Origin: Clostridia bacterium | Lineage (GTDB): Bacteria > Bacillota > Clostridia > Christensenellales > QALW01 | DNA: 64,000 nucleotides | Assembly (NCBI GenBank): GCA_045601365.1 | Contig: JAZRZN010000002.1 | Coordinates: 20,376-84,375, forward strand | Direction: 5' to 3' | Shown here: positions 27,767 through 37,346 of the stretch, piece by piece | Numbering within the stretch: the first letter of the stretch is position 1 | How the letters are laid out: every line of letters begins with the position of its first letter | Translations under genes and position numbers: made by a program | The notes under the pieces: generated by a model | Database searches by the model: none | Told to the model about the DNA's origin: nothing | The model's input: only the letters and a program-made list of their open reading frames with translations

Positions 27767-29341
27767 TTGAAGGACAGCGAGTACAAATTGGGCTTCGTTG
27801 AGGCGGAACAACGGAATCCGCTCACGTTATCGCTCGGTGAAAATTATAAAAACGATACTCTTTCGGGAGTAAAAACATTGATCTCTGCCGATGCCGCACT
27901 TGAACCGCTTTACCGCCGGACACTTAAAAGCAGTGAGTTCAATGAACTGTGTGATGAGGTTTTTGAAACGTTGCTTAATGGCGGCAGAATAATAATTTCG
28001 GGTTGCGGTTCGTCGGGAAGACTTGCGATGCGTATCGAAGCCTCATGGCGTGAGGCGGTAGCACATACTGCGTTCCGCGGCTTATCGGAGAGCGTGATAT
28101 CGCTGATGACGGGCGGAGATTATGCACTGATACGCGCTGTGGAATCCTTTGAAGATCATATTGATTGGGGCTATGCGCAGGCGGCGCACCTGAAAATAAC
28201 GCCGCGGGATATTCTTATAGGTGTTACCGCTACCGGCGAAACGACATCTATCCTCGGCACTGCGCAGAACGCCATAGCAAGCGGCGCGCGTGTCAGGATG
28301 GTGGTATGTACCGACCCGTCAACGTTGCTCGGTAAGCTTGAGCGTGCCGATAAGGTCTACACTTCTCCGCTGTGCAGGAGCCTGTATATCCCGTGCGGCG
28401 GCATGGCGGTCACCGGCTCGACACGGATGCAGTCAAGTACGGTAGAGCAGGCTGTTATATCCTCTGCATTGGAGCTTGCACTTGACCGCATGTGCGGCGA
28501 TACCGTCAGGCTTGATGACGGCTTTGCTTCCGCGCTTGACGCAATAAACGCGCAAGACATCGCGCGTTTGACCGACACGGAAACCGCACTCTATAAAGCG
28601 AACGGTCATGTGACATATTTTGCTGACGAATTTCTGCTCGACGTGCTTGCCGATACCACCGAACGCGGTCCGACATTCTGTGTTCCGCCGTTCCGCCCGC
28701 GCACAAATACAAGCGAGCCGCTGTCGTGGGCATTCGTCAAAAACCCGTACATGCCGACGCGCGACGCATGGCTTAACTGCTTCGGACGCAAGCCGCGCTG
28801 TATAGAAAGTTCTGACCGCATCACGCTCGGCATCCCGAATGACGCCCGTATTCCCGACATCGGACTTGATGCTTTGATGCGCTTTGAAATAGGCTGTGAA
28901 GCCGATCCCGAGCGTGAGCAAGGCGAAAGTCTTGCAATATGGATAGGCGGAGGCGCACCTCATGGATTTTCATTCGCCAAAAAATACAAATGCCGCGATG
29001 CGTTTTTACTCAACACTCATGTTTTGCCGACACGCATGAAAATTTTTGAGCATGTTTCCGCAAAAATGTCAATAAATACGTTTTCGACAGGCGTTATGGC
29101 GAAAATGGGACGCATTTGCGGCAATTATATGGTATGCATGAATATATCGAACAAAAAGCTCATTGACCGTGCGGGACGCATGATATCCGTGCTGTGCGGA
29201 ATAAGCTATGAAAAAGCCATTGAGGAACTTTTTTTTACAAAGCTTTTGTTTGAACGCGACGGTATCGGAGATTCTCCGGTCAAGGGTACGGTAGACAGGA
29301 TCGGTATGCGAAAGGATCAAAACGGTTACACTGCATTGTGA
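27767..29341 (+). CDS. long (524 aa) SIS-domain protein of the MurQ etherase / glucokinase-regulator (GckR) family
   Basis: N-terminus EAEQRNPLTLSLGE resembles MurQ TExRNPxTxxLD. It also has a SIS P-loop ISGCGSSGRLA and about 220 extra C-terminal residues relative to ~300-aa MurQ. Confidence 0.6.
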   Translation: MKDSEYKLGFVEAEQRNPLTLSLGENYKNDTLSGVKTLISADAALEPLYRRTLKSSEFNELCDEVFETLLNGGRIIISGCGSSGRLAMRIEASWREAVAHTAFRGLSESVISLMTGGDYALIRAVESFEDHIDWGYAQAAHLKITPRDILIGVTATGETTSILGTAQNAIASGARVRMVVCTDPSTLLGKLERADKVYTSPLCRSLYIPCGGMAVTGSTRMQSSTVEQAVISSALELALDRMCGDTVRLDDGFASALDAINAQDIARLTDTETALYKANGHVTYFADEFLLDVLADTTERGPTFCVPPFRPRTNTSEPLSWAFVKNPYMPTRDAWLNCFGRKPRCIESSDRITLGIPNDARIPDIGLDALMRFEIGCEADPEREQGESLAIWIGGGAPHGFSFAKKYKCRDAFLLNTHVLPTRMKIFEHVSAKMSINTFSTGVMAKMGRICGNYMVCMNISNKKLIDRAGRMISVLCGISYEKAIEELFFTKLLFERDGIGDSPVKGTVDRIGMRKDQNGYTAL

Positions 29342-29438
29342 TTTAAGCGGTAAACCGATCCTTTGAACGGCGGCTTCTGCCGCAGATGAAAGCCCGTCGC
29401 GCTTCCGTGGATTTTGCTGTTAATAAAAAACGGTACAC

Positions 29439-30131
29439 TCATCCCATGCTGCGGCGAACGATGAACGGGCGCAGGAGCGCATAAAGGATCAGCATGGAAG
29501 CGGAGACAATATAATATATCTTATACGGTGTGATAAGGCTGAGCAAAAGCAATATCACACCGTATTTTACTGCGAATTTTCCGAAAACGGGGGAGAGCAG
29601 CACGGAAAGTAAACGCTTTGTGCGGCTGCCGCCTGTACTGACGCGGTCAAGCTCCGGCAAATCAAAATGCTTTGCGATGCTTATTATTTCATCGCGCGGA
29701 TGCTCGGTGTAGTGTACGTTGAGCATTTCAAGCAGATTTCTGCAACCGTCGCTCATGCCGCTTAAAGAGAAAATGTCTATATGTCCGCCTGTTCCGTTTT
29801 CGCGTAAAAACTCTATCATTTCGCTGTCGGTGATGCCTTGCGGATCGTTGTTGCACAAAAGGACGGGAGCGTAGAACATTTTGCAGAAGCGTTCTTTGGA
29901 TAAAAGCATTATCCGTGATATAAGCGTGGCTTCCGCATCACGTTCATCAGCTTTTTTACGTCGGTGTTGACTGATTTCGTTTCTGATAGTATAATATAAA
30001 TAAGATGCGATAAAGCCCATTATCAGCGCAAACAGCATGGCGGAATTGCGCGTGGGGAAAACGTATTCGCTTATGGCATATATCACGATAAAAAACACGG
30101 GATATAAAAGTATGCTGAATAAAAGTAACAA
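29439..30131 (-). CDS. hypothetical membrane protein (2 N-terminal + 2 C-terminal TM helices, central soluble domain)
   Basis: 230 aa with a hydrophobic profile. No family recognised. Confidence 0.5.
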   Translation of the reverse strand: MLLLFSILLYPVFFIVIYAISEYVFPTRNSAMLFALIMGFIASYLYYTIRNEISQHRRKKADERDAEATLISRIMLLSKERFCKMFYAPVLLCNNDPQGITDSEMIEFLRENGTGGHIDIFSLSGMSDGCRNLLEMLNVHYTEHPRDEIISIAKHFDLPELDRVSTGGSRTKRLLSVLLSPVFGKFAVKYGVILLLLSLITPYKIYYIVSASMLILYALLRPFIVRRSMG

Positions 30132-30179
30132 AACAGGTCACCTCAAATAGATTATTCACGTTTCGGGAGTAAATATACA

Positions 30180-30770
30180 GTGAAAATCGGCATCTTAGGC
30201 GGGGCGTTCGACCCCGTACACTGCGGTCATACCGATATTGCGGAGTATTGCCTCAAAAATACCGATATCGGTAAAATAATGTTTTTGCCGCTCGGTGACG
30301 CGCCGTATAAAACATCGGTCACGGATAAAGAACTGCGCATCAAAATGCTTGAAGAAGCATTAAAAGAGTTGCCCGATTGCTTTGTGAGCAGGATCGAAGC
30401 TGATCGCGTCGGGAAAACTTATACATTTGATACGCTTTCGCGTCTGCAAACGGATACCGATGACGAATATGTTTATATCATCGGAGCGGACAAGCTTGCG
30501 ACACTTGATAAATGGTATCATGCAGAGGATATTTTTTCGCTCGTGACCTTTGAGGTGATAGCAAGAAAGGGTACAGATGCACATAAATACGCGCAAAAGC
30601 TCATCGGAATGGGCGCAAGGCTCAGTTTTTCGGATTATGCGGGAAAAGATATCTCATCGACACTCATACGCGAGCGGGTACGCAAAAATGATAGAATAAC
30701 CGGACTTGTCGCGCCGGAGGTGGAAAAGATAATATATGAATACGGATTATATAAAAATCAACGCATTTAA
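30180..30770 (+). CDS. nadD: nicotinate-nucleotide adenylyltransferase
   Basis: GTG start. GGAFDPVHCGH and ISSTLIR motifs. Confidence 0.92.
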   Translation: MKIGILGGAFDPVHCGHTDIAEYCLKNTDIGKIMFLPLGDAPYKTSVTDKELRIKMLEEALKELPDCFVSRIEADRVGKTYTFDTLSRLQTDTDDEYVYIIGADKLATLDKWYHAEDIFSLVTFEVIARKGTDAHKYAQKLIGMGARLSFSDYAGKDISSTLIRERVRKNDRITGLVAPEVEKIIYEYGLYKNQRI

Positions 30771-31296
30771 GCAAAAACTTAAGGAAACGCTTACGGAAAA
30801 ACGATATCAGCACACATTGCGCACACTTCAGAAAGCAATGGAGCTGAGCATGTGCTTGGAGTGTGACCGCGAAGCAGTGTTCTGGGCGGCACTGTTGCAC
30901 GATTGCGCAAAATATACGGTTCCGACAGAAAAACAAAAAGCACAGCTCGGTGATTTTGCGGGGTATGATAAGATAATCCACGCACCGCTCGGCGCAATAG
31001 TCGCACGCGAAGAATACGGAATAAGCGATGAACGTATACTCAATGCCATAAAGTATCACACGACGGGCAGGGCAAACATGACGAACGAGGACAAGATCGT
31101 CTTTCTTGCCGACGCGATAGAGGACGGCAGGGAATATCCGAATGTTGAGCGCATACGCAAAGAGACTGAAAAATCAATAGATGACGGTATCATCGCAAGC
31201 CTTGAAGGCGTGCTTGAATTTGAAAAAAATGAACAAAGCGGGATACACTATCTTACAAAGGAAGCACTTGATTATCTTAAGGAGGAGAAAAAATGA
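30736..31296 (+). CDS. yqeK: HD-domain phosphohydrolase YqeK
   Basis: 186 aa. RYQHTLRT...LLHDCAK HD motif. Conserved nadD-yqeK-rsfS order. Confidence 0.88.
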   Translation: MNTDYIKINAFKQKLKETLTEKRYQHTLRTLQKAMELSMCLECDREAVFWAALLHDCAKYTVPTEKQKAQLGDFAGYDKIIHAPLGAIVAREEYGISDERILNAIKYHTTGRANMTNEDKIVFLADAIEDGREYPNVERIRKETEKSIDDGIIASLEGVLEFEKNEQSGIHYLTKEALDYLKEEKK

Positions 31297-31646
31297 ATTT
31301 AGCTGAGGAAATTTGCAGGGCGGCAAGCAACAAAAACGCAAACGACATAATGGTGCTTGATATTTCGGAAATGACGGTAGTTGCGGACAAGTTCATCATT
31401 TGCAGTGCCCCGAGTAAATCACAGGTCAAGGCGATCTGCGACAATATTGAGGAGCAACTGCTCAAAAAAGGCGTCAAGGCATCAAAAACAGACGGTTATA
31501 ATGAGGCGCGGTGGATAGTTCTCGATTACGGCGATGTGATGGCACACATCTTTTACGATGAAGACCGTCTCTTTTATAATCTTGAACGTTTGTGGAACAA
31601 CGGCAACAATATGTATATTTATAAAGACGGTCAGGAAAATCCGTAA
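31293..31646 (+). CDS. rsfS: ribosome silencing factor RsfS
   Basis: 117 aa. FIICSAPSKSQVKAI...WIVLDYGDVMAHIF pattern. Confidence 0.9.
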   Translation: MNLAEEICRAASNKNANDIMVLDISEMTVVADKFIICSAPSKSQVKAICDNIEEQLLKKGVKASKTDGYNEARWIVLDYGDVMAHIFYDEDRLFYNLERLWNNGNNMYIYKDGQENP

Positions 31647-31670
31647 AATCCGTAAAATCAAAAATTTTTG

Positions 31671-31699
31671 TTGCATAAACGGGAAAAATATGCTATACT
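31671..31699 (+). promoter_or_regulatory. promoter of pgi
   Basis: TTGCAT (31671-31676), 17 nt, TATACT (31694-31699). It is preceded by the direct repeat AAAATCCGT x2. Confidence 0.5.
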
Positions 31700-31733
31700 T
31701 TATTAGGTTTGCATATATGAAAAGAGGATTGTT

Positions 31734-33140
31734 ATGGAAAAATTGAAACTCAGACTTGATATCAATAATATGATGGCAGAGCAGATAGGCGAAAAGGGCT
31801 TTACCGAAGATGATCTTGCATCTGTTGCACCTAAGGCAAAGGAAGCTTTTGCTTATGTTAAAGCTAATCGCGGCAAGGGCATGATGGGGTGGACGGAGCT
31901 TCCGTACAACCAGAACGAAATAGTTGACGATATCATCGCTACCGCCGCAAGCGTGCGCGAAAAGTTCGATTATTTTGTGGTACTCGGTATCGGCGGTTCT
32001 GCGCTCGGTCCGATAGCAATTCAGCAGGCACTCAATCATCTGCACTATAACGATCTTCCAAAAGATAAGAGAAACGGTTGTCCGAAACTCTATGTTGAAG
32101 ATAACGTCGATCCCGAAAGGATGCAGGCTCTTTTTGACGTTATTGAGCTTGACAAGACCTGCTTCAACGTTATTTCCAAATCGGGAAGCACCAGTGAGAC
32201 CATGACGCAGTACCTTATCATTTGGGATGCACTCAAGAAGCAGTTCGGCGATAAAGCGGCAGAGCATATCATCGCAACGACCGACATCGAAAAGGGCAAC
32301 CTCATCAAGCTCGCACGCCGTGAGGGCTTCAAAAGTTATGTTATCCCCGACAGTGTCGGCGGACGATTCAGCGAAATGTGTCCCGTAGGACTTGTTGCGG
32401 CGGCTGTCTGCGGAATCGACATAAAGGCGATGCTTCAGGGCGCGGCGTATGCCGATGAGCTTGCGCAAAGCGACGATATTTTCAAAAACTCCGCACTTAT
32501 GCTTGCTTCGCTTCAGTACCTTGCAATGGGCAGGGGATATAACATTTCCGTAATGATGCCTTATGCCGACAGCCTTAAATTCATGGCGGATTGGTATTGC
32601 CAGCTTTGGGCGGAATCGCTCGGCAAAAAGAATTCTCTTGACGGAAAGCCCGTATATACCGGGCAAACGCCTGTCAAGTCGCTCGGTGTAACCGATCAGC
32701 ACAGCCAGGTTCAGCTCTATACAGAAGGTCCGTTCGATAAGGTCATAACGCTTCTCGGCGTAGATTCCTATCGCACGAGTGTGACTATCTCCGAAGGCTG
32801 TGAGGACATCCCTGCCGTAAACTTCCTTTGCGGACATACGATGAACGAGCTTATCACCGCGGAACGCAACGCCACCGAATATGCGCTTCTTAAGAGCAAA
32901 CACCTCAATCATACCATAATGTTGCCTGAAGTAAATGCATTCACTATCGGTGAGCTTATGTACTTCTATGAGCTTGAAACTGCCTACTGCGGCGCGATGC
33001 TCAACATAAATACCTTCGATCAACCCGGTGTTGAAGAGGGTAAAAACGCGACATATGCTTTACTTGGCCGTCCGGGTTACGAAGCAAAGAAGGCCGAACT
33101 TGAAGGCAGACCCGAAAAGAATGCTAAGTATATTATTTAA
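31734..33140 (+). CDS. pgi: glucose-6-phosphate isomerase
   Basis: 468 aa. LGIGGSALGP, SKSGSTSET and DSVGGRFS motifs. Confidence 0.95.
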   Translation: MEKLKLRLDINNMMAEQIGEKGFTEDDLASVAPKAKEAFAYVKANRGKGMMGWTELPYNQNEIVDDIIATAASVREKFDYFVVLGIGGSALGPIAIQQALNHLHYNDLPKDKRNGCPKLYVEDNVDPERMQALFDVIELDKTCFNVISKSGSTSETMTQYLIIWDALKKQFGDKAAEHIIATTDIEKGNLIKLARREGFKSYVIPDSVGGRFSEMCPVGLVAAAVCGIDIKAMLQGAAYADELAQSDDIFKNSALMLASLQYLAMGRGYNISVMMPYADSLKFMADWYCQLWAESLGKKNSLDGKPVYTGQTPVKSLGVTDQHSQVQLYTEGPFDKVITLLGVDSYRTSVTISEGCEDIPAVNFLCGHTMNELITAERNATEYALLKSKHLNHTIMLPEVNAFTIGELMYFYELETAYCGAMLNINTFDQPGVEEGKNATYALLGRPGYEAKKAELEGRPEKNAKYII

Positions 33141-33154
33141 CGGGAGAAAACAAT

Positions 33155-33850
33155 ATGGAGATTTCGCTTGAGGCATTTTGGAATGTCTTGAAAAAGCATA
33201 TGGCCCTTATTCTTATCCTTGCATTGACGGCGGGAGTTTTGACTTATGCCGTGAGTGCAACGGTTTTGACGCCCGAATACGTTTCCGTGGCAAAAATAAA
33301 TATTTTGGCGGATGACGGCTCGGAAATGAACGCATCCCAAAGCCTTTCAAGCTTTTCTTACATCAATAAAATACTGAAAACATGTACGCAGGTGCTTAAT
33401 ACGCGCGACTTCAAGGAGCTTGTAAGATCAAAAGTTGAGTTGGATTATTCTCCTGTCCTCAGCTTTTCATATGACAGCGATTCCACGGTGCTTACAATAA
33501 AATCATATGACAGCGATCCTGAGATCGCGTATAAATTTGCAAGTGCTACGGTAGAGTGCATCGGCGGCTATATCGAGGAAAAAATGGCGACAACAGTGGT
33601 GGCGATCCTTGTGGAAACACCTGAGCTTCCTAAAACACCCGATTCGCCGAGACCTACAGTCAATGCCGTGATCATGACGCTTTCTGCCGCGATACTGACG
33701 TATATTATCGAGTTCGTCGTTGAACTTTTCGGTAAAAAAATCAAGGATGAGGCAGAACTCATAAGGCGATTCCCCGATATACCGATCATAGCTGAGGTCC
33801 CTGATTTCAATGAGAATCTGTCACACAGACATGCGTTGCCACGCGGATAA
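33155..33850 (+). CDS. Wzz/CpsC-type polysaccharide chain-length determinant (tyrosine-kinase modulator)
   Basis: 231 aa with two TM helices flanking a periplasmic-type domain. Sits directly upstream of a CpsD-type kinase. Confidence 0.75.
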   Translation: MEISLEAFWNVLKKHMALILILALTAGVLTYAVSATVLTPEYVSVAKINILADDGSEMNASQSLSSFSYINKILKTCTQVLNTRDFKELVRSKVELDYSPVLSFSYDSDSTVLTIKSYDSDPEIAYKFASATVECIGGYIEEKMATTVVAILVETPELPKTPDSPRPTVNAVIMTLSAAILTYIIEFVVELFGKKIKDEAELIRRFPDIPIIAEVPDFNENLSHRHALPRG

Positions 33851-33871
33851 TGAATGGTCGGGAGAAATAAT

Positions 33872-34576
33872 ATGTTGAAAAAGGATGCCGAACGAAAAGC
33901 CAATACCGATTTTTTTACCGTCGAAGCATATAAGCTTGCAAGAACGAATATCGCATTGTCGATCATAAAAAACGGTTGCAAAAAAATACTTATTACAAGC
34001 CCGCTTCCGAGTGAGGGCAAGACGACTACCGCATGCAATATTGCGGCGGCGTTCTCCAAACAGGTCAATTCACGCACGCTTCTTATTGACTGTGACCTGA
34101 GAAAACCGTCCGTCAGCCGTTTCTTCAGGATAAAGAATACGCCGGGCATTACAAATTACCTGGGCGGAATGAATACGCTTGATGAAGTAATACAAAATGT
34201 GCCGAATACCGAGCTTTCGGTGATCTGCGCGGGGATCATACCGCCGAACCCATCCGAACTGCTTTCAAGCTCGCAATTCGCCGAGATGATCGAAGAGCTT
34301 GAAAAACGCTTTGATTATATCATTATCGACACTTCGCCGATAAATATCGTATCGGATGCGATCCCCATAACCAAGCTTGTTGACGGCGTTGTGACGGTTA
34401 TTTTCGAACAGAGATCCACTTATGCCGAACTGGAAAAAACGGTACAGATACTTAACCGTCATGAAGCAAAAATACTCGGTATAGTCCTCAACGGAAGCAA
34501 AAGTAAAGAAAATGCATATAAGAATAAGAATCAGAAGCGGTATGGCAGATACGGCTACGATTCTTTACAACAATAA
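33872..34576 (+). CDS. CpsD/CapB-type BY tyrosine-protein kinase
   Basis: Walker A SPLPSEGKTTT, A' DCDLRKP, B IIIDTSP, and a Tyr-rich tail YGRYGYD. Start moved to ATG 33872, which follows GGGAGAAA. Confidence 0.85.
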   Translation: MLKKDAERKANTDFFTVEAYKLARTNIALSIIKNGCKKILITSPLPSEGKTTTACNIAAAFSKQVNSRTLLIDCDLRKPSVSRFFRIKNTPGITNYLGGMNTLDEVIQNVPNTELSVICAGIIPPNPSELLSSSQFAEMIEELEKRFDYIIIDTSPINIVSDAIPITKLVDGVVTVIFEQRSTYAELEKTVQILNRHEAKILGIVLNGSKSKENAYKNKNQKRYGRYGYDSLQQ

Positions 34577-35265
34577 TGATGCTGTGCGATATCCATACAC
34601 ATGTTTTGCCCGGACTTGATGACGGCTCGGCTGATATCGGAATAAGTACAAAAATGATAGAACAAATGCGCTTGCAAGGCGTGACTGATGTATGCCTTAC
34701 ACCGCATTTTTATCCTCAGAATATGCCGGTCAGCCGTTTTGTACAAAAGCGTGATGAATGCATTTCACGGGTGCAACAGCTTTTTGACAGTGCCGGCATA
34801 ACTGTACATCCCGCTGCCGAGGTACGGCTTTCACAGAACCTTTTTTTTAACGAAAGCATAAACGACCTTTGCATCGACGGAAAAAGCTATCTGTTGCTTG
34901 AATTGCCGTTTACACCGATCTCGGTCACGGAAATCGAAAAAAGCATAAATCACCTTTTTGCAAATTATTCGGTTACTCCGATAATCGTTCATCCGGAACG
35001 TCAGAATTATATTTTTAATCTTACCGCACTTACCGCATTTGCGGATATGGGGTGTCTGGTGCAGTTTGATTCAGGTTCGCTCAAAAACATTTTTATAAGG
35101 CAAAAACTCATTCGCTTTATATGTGATGATTTGATACAGCTTGTCGGAAGCGACTGTCACGGCAGCGTCAAGCGCACCCCCGATATGATTTCGATCAATA
35201 AGTACCTTGACGAACAAACCGTATCAAAGCTTTTTGAAAACAACGCAGCGATAATCAACCGATAA
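34576..35265 (+). CDS. CpsB-type PHP-family protein-tyrosine phosphatase
   Basis: N-terminal CDIHTHVLPGLDDGS, a later HPER motif and GSDCHG. Confidence 0.85.
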   Translation: MMLCDIHTHVLPGLDDGSADIGISTKMIEQMRLQGVTDVCLTPHFYPQNMPVSRFVQKRDECISRVQQLFDSAGITVHPAAEVRLSQNLFFNESINDLCIDGKSYLLLELPFTPISVTEIEKSINHLFANYSVTPIIVHPERQNYIFNLTALTAFADMGCLVQFDSGSLKNIFIRQKLIRFICDDLIQLVGSDCHGSVKRTPDMISINKYLDEQTVSKLFENNAAIINR

Positions 35266-35296
35266 TCAAAAAGTGATCTTTCTGCACATAAAGTGC

Positions 35297-35325
35297 TTGA
35301 CAAGTATTGCTTTTTTGAATATAAT
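35297..35325 (+). promoter_or_regulatory. consensus promoter of tRNA-Leu
   Basis: TTGACA (35297-35302), 17 nt, TATAAT (35320-35325). Confidence 0.6.
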
Positions 35326-35342
35326 CATCATGTTAAACGTTT

Positions 35343-35429
35343 GCAGGTATGGCGGAATTGGCAGACGCGCACGGTTCAGGTCCGTGTGAAAGCAATTTCA
35401 TGCAGGTTCAACTCCTGTTACCTGCACCA
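35343..35429 (+). tRNA. tRNA-Leu (anticodon CAG), class II with long variable arm, CCA encoded
   Basis: Hand-folded cloverleaf. Acceptor GCAGGTA/TACCTGC. D arm GCG-11-CGC. Anticodon stem CACGG/CCGTG with loop TTCAGGT. Variable stem TGAAA/TTTCA. T arm GCAGG-TTCAACT-CCTGT. Discriminator A plus CCA. Total 87 nt. Confidence 0.9.
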
Positions 35430-35430
35430 T

Positions 35431-35464
35431 GCAAAAGGCACTTGCGAGAGCAAGTGCCTTTTGC
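35431..35464 (+). terminator. perfect 15-bp stem-loop immediately after the tRNA
   Basis: GCAAAAGGCACTTGC gaga GCAAGTGCCTTTTGC. No long T-run follows. Confidence 0.6.
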
Positions 35465-35465
35465 A

Positions 35466-35533
35466 ATGATATCCGTTCCTGTCGGAACGGATGATATACA
35501 TTCGGTATGATATCCACCTTCGGTGGATGATAT
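35466..35533. repeat. two copies of a hairpin module with conserved flanks ATGATATCC...GGATGATATA
   Basis: Copy 1 stem ATCCGTTCC/GGAACGGAT with loop TGTC (35471-35492). Copy 2 stem ATCCACC/GGTGGAT with loop TTCG (35512-35529). Confidence 0.7.
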
Positions 35534-35686
35534 ATGCCTTTGGCACATAAATGAACGGATATTATATGAAATAAATCTTTTCGTTCTGCGATTTTACATT
35601 CGGTTGAAAAACGAATATTTCACTAAAACATAATTGTGCTGTTTCGTATATATACAGAATTCTGCAAAACACAAGGAGAGACTTCG

Positions 35687-36424
35687 TTGAAAAGGAAAAC
35701 ACTTCTCTTTTGCATTATTGTGATGCCCATTTTGGCGGTAACGTGTATCGCGTTGCTTTTTTACTGTGGGGTGTTGCATTTCAACAACATTGACAGAGAA
35801 AAGTATCCGATCATCGGCGTGGATGTTTCATCGTATCAGGGAGAGATAGATTGGAACGAATTGTCGCAAAACGATATTCGGTTTGCGTTCATTAAGGCTA
35901 CCGAAGGATCGTCATTTGTTGATCCGCTGTTTGAGAAAAACCGGCGTGAAGCACAAATGACAGACTTGCGTATCGGGGCGTATCATTTTTTCAGCTTTGA
36001 ATCATCGGGTGCAAATCAGGCGAAATCGTTTTGCAATACGGTCAAAAAGGTCGAAAACATGCTTCCGCCGGCTATAGATGTTGAATATTACGGCAAATTC
36101 AATTCTGCTGATGATATTGACGTGTCCGCAATAAAAAAAGAGCTTCGTGATTGCATTAACGTGATCGAAAAAGAATTTTCGGTCAAGCCTATCATTTATG
36201 TGACTCAAAAATCGTTTGAGGAAATCGTTCAGGATGATTTTTCGGATTGTTGTCTATGGTTCCGAAGTGTATACGGAAAAGTACCTCGAAATGTACCGTG
36301 GACTTTTTGGCAGTATTCAAACAGACATGTTCTGACAGGCTATAACGGTAAAGAACGTTATATTGATATGAATGTCTTTTACGGTACGGAGGATGAGTTC
36401 CGCGCTTTCACTGCAAGATATTGA
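35687..36424 (+). CDS. GH25 muramidase (lysozyme) with N-terminal membrane anchor
   Basis: IGVDVSSYQGEIDW and FAFIKATEG GH25 motifs. Start moved to TTG 35687, 6 nt after AAGGAGAG. Confidence 0.85.
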   Translation: MKRKTLLFCIIVMPILAVTCIALLFYCGVLHFNNIDREKYPIIGVDVSSYQGEIDWNELSQNDIRFAFIKATEGSSFVDPLFEKNRREAQMTDLRIGAYHFFSFESSGANQAKSFCNTVKKVENMLPPAIDVEYYGKFNSADDIDVSAIKKELRDCINVIEKEFSVKPIIYVTQKSFEEIVQDDFSDCCLWFRSVYGKVPRNVPWTFWQYSNRHVLTGYNGKERYIDMNVFYGTEDEFRAFTARY

Positions 36425-37211
36425 TTCCCGTCTTTTCGGGAATTTTTTTATGTTTTCTGAAAGCATCCGGTGTGATACCGATATCCTTTTTGAATGCCCG
36501 AATAAAATAATTTGCGCTCGAATAGCCGCACAGCGCGGCGATGTCGGCAATTTTTAAGTCGGGATCGTCAAGCAGTTCGACTGCGGAGGAAATGCGCAGT
36601 GAGGTAAGATATTTTGCGGGCGTTTGACCGTATTCGGATAAAAACAGCTCATTCATGCGGCGGGGCGAAAGCGATATATGCGATGCGGCATCGTTTACAG
36701 ATAGGGTGCTGTTCATATAATTGCGCTCAAGGAAATCCTTTGCATCGGCTATTCTCGGATGCGCGTTTTTGCTGTTGAGCTTAAGTATCATCGACATTAT
36801 AGAATAAAAATGCGATACACATTCGTATTCGTCGGACGGTGTGCAGGAGGCTGTAAAGCGTTCCCATGAATCAAGTATTTTGAAAAACTCGTTTTTGATT
36901 TGCGGGTATGAACTGCAATCAAACATAGAAAGATGCATGTCGAACGGCGTAAGCGTCGTAAAGTGTATGGCGATACAGCCGCCGGCTGATACGGATGTGT
37001 CGTTTACATTTTGCGTCACGGCATAGCTGTCACTGCTGTTTGCAACCATTATCATGTCTTTTTTTAATATCATTTCGTCATTTCCGACCTTATGAACAGA
37101 GCTTCCGTACAGCTTATATGCTATGAAATTATCGTTACCGCCACTGCGCACCCAATTATCCTTGAATATGTTGAAACGGTATATCCGTGTTATTTTATCA
37201 AGAATCATCAT
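36408..37211 (-). CDS. AraC-family transcriptional regulator, divergent from the GRE gene
   Basis: C-terminal double HTH (IADIAALCGYSSANYFIRAFKKDIGITPDAFR). Confidence 0.85.
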   Translation of the reverse strand: MMILDKITRIYRFNIFKDNWVRSGGNDNFIAYKLYGSSVHKVGNDEMILKKDMIMVANSSDSYAVTQNVNDTSVSAGGCIAIHFTTLTPFDMHLSMFDCSSYPQIKNEFFKILDSWERFTASCTPSDEYECVSHFYSIMSMILKLNSKNAHPRIADAKDFLERNYMNSTLSVNDAASHISLSPRRMNELFLSEYGQTPAKYLTSLRISSAVELLDDPDLKIADIAALCGYSSANYFIRAFKKDIGITPDAFRKHKKIPEKTGINILQ

Positions 37212-37346
37212 TTTGAATCACCCGAGAAAATAATATCAGAAAATAGCCGGATTTTCAATAGTAAATTTCCGCAAAATGCTATTTTTCTTAAATTTGCGAT
37301 TTACTTTTGCCCAAAAGAGTATTAAAATCGTTTTGAGGTGACGGTT

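Noticed and set aside
31482-33023. 513-aa minus-strand ORF
   Set aside because: It lies antisense to pgi, whose product carries unmistakable PGI motifs. The antisense translation is R/F/L/H/C-rich, has no recognisable domain and lacks an SD. It is a shadow ORF.
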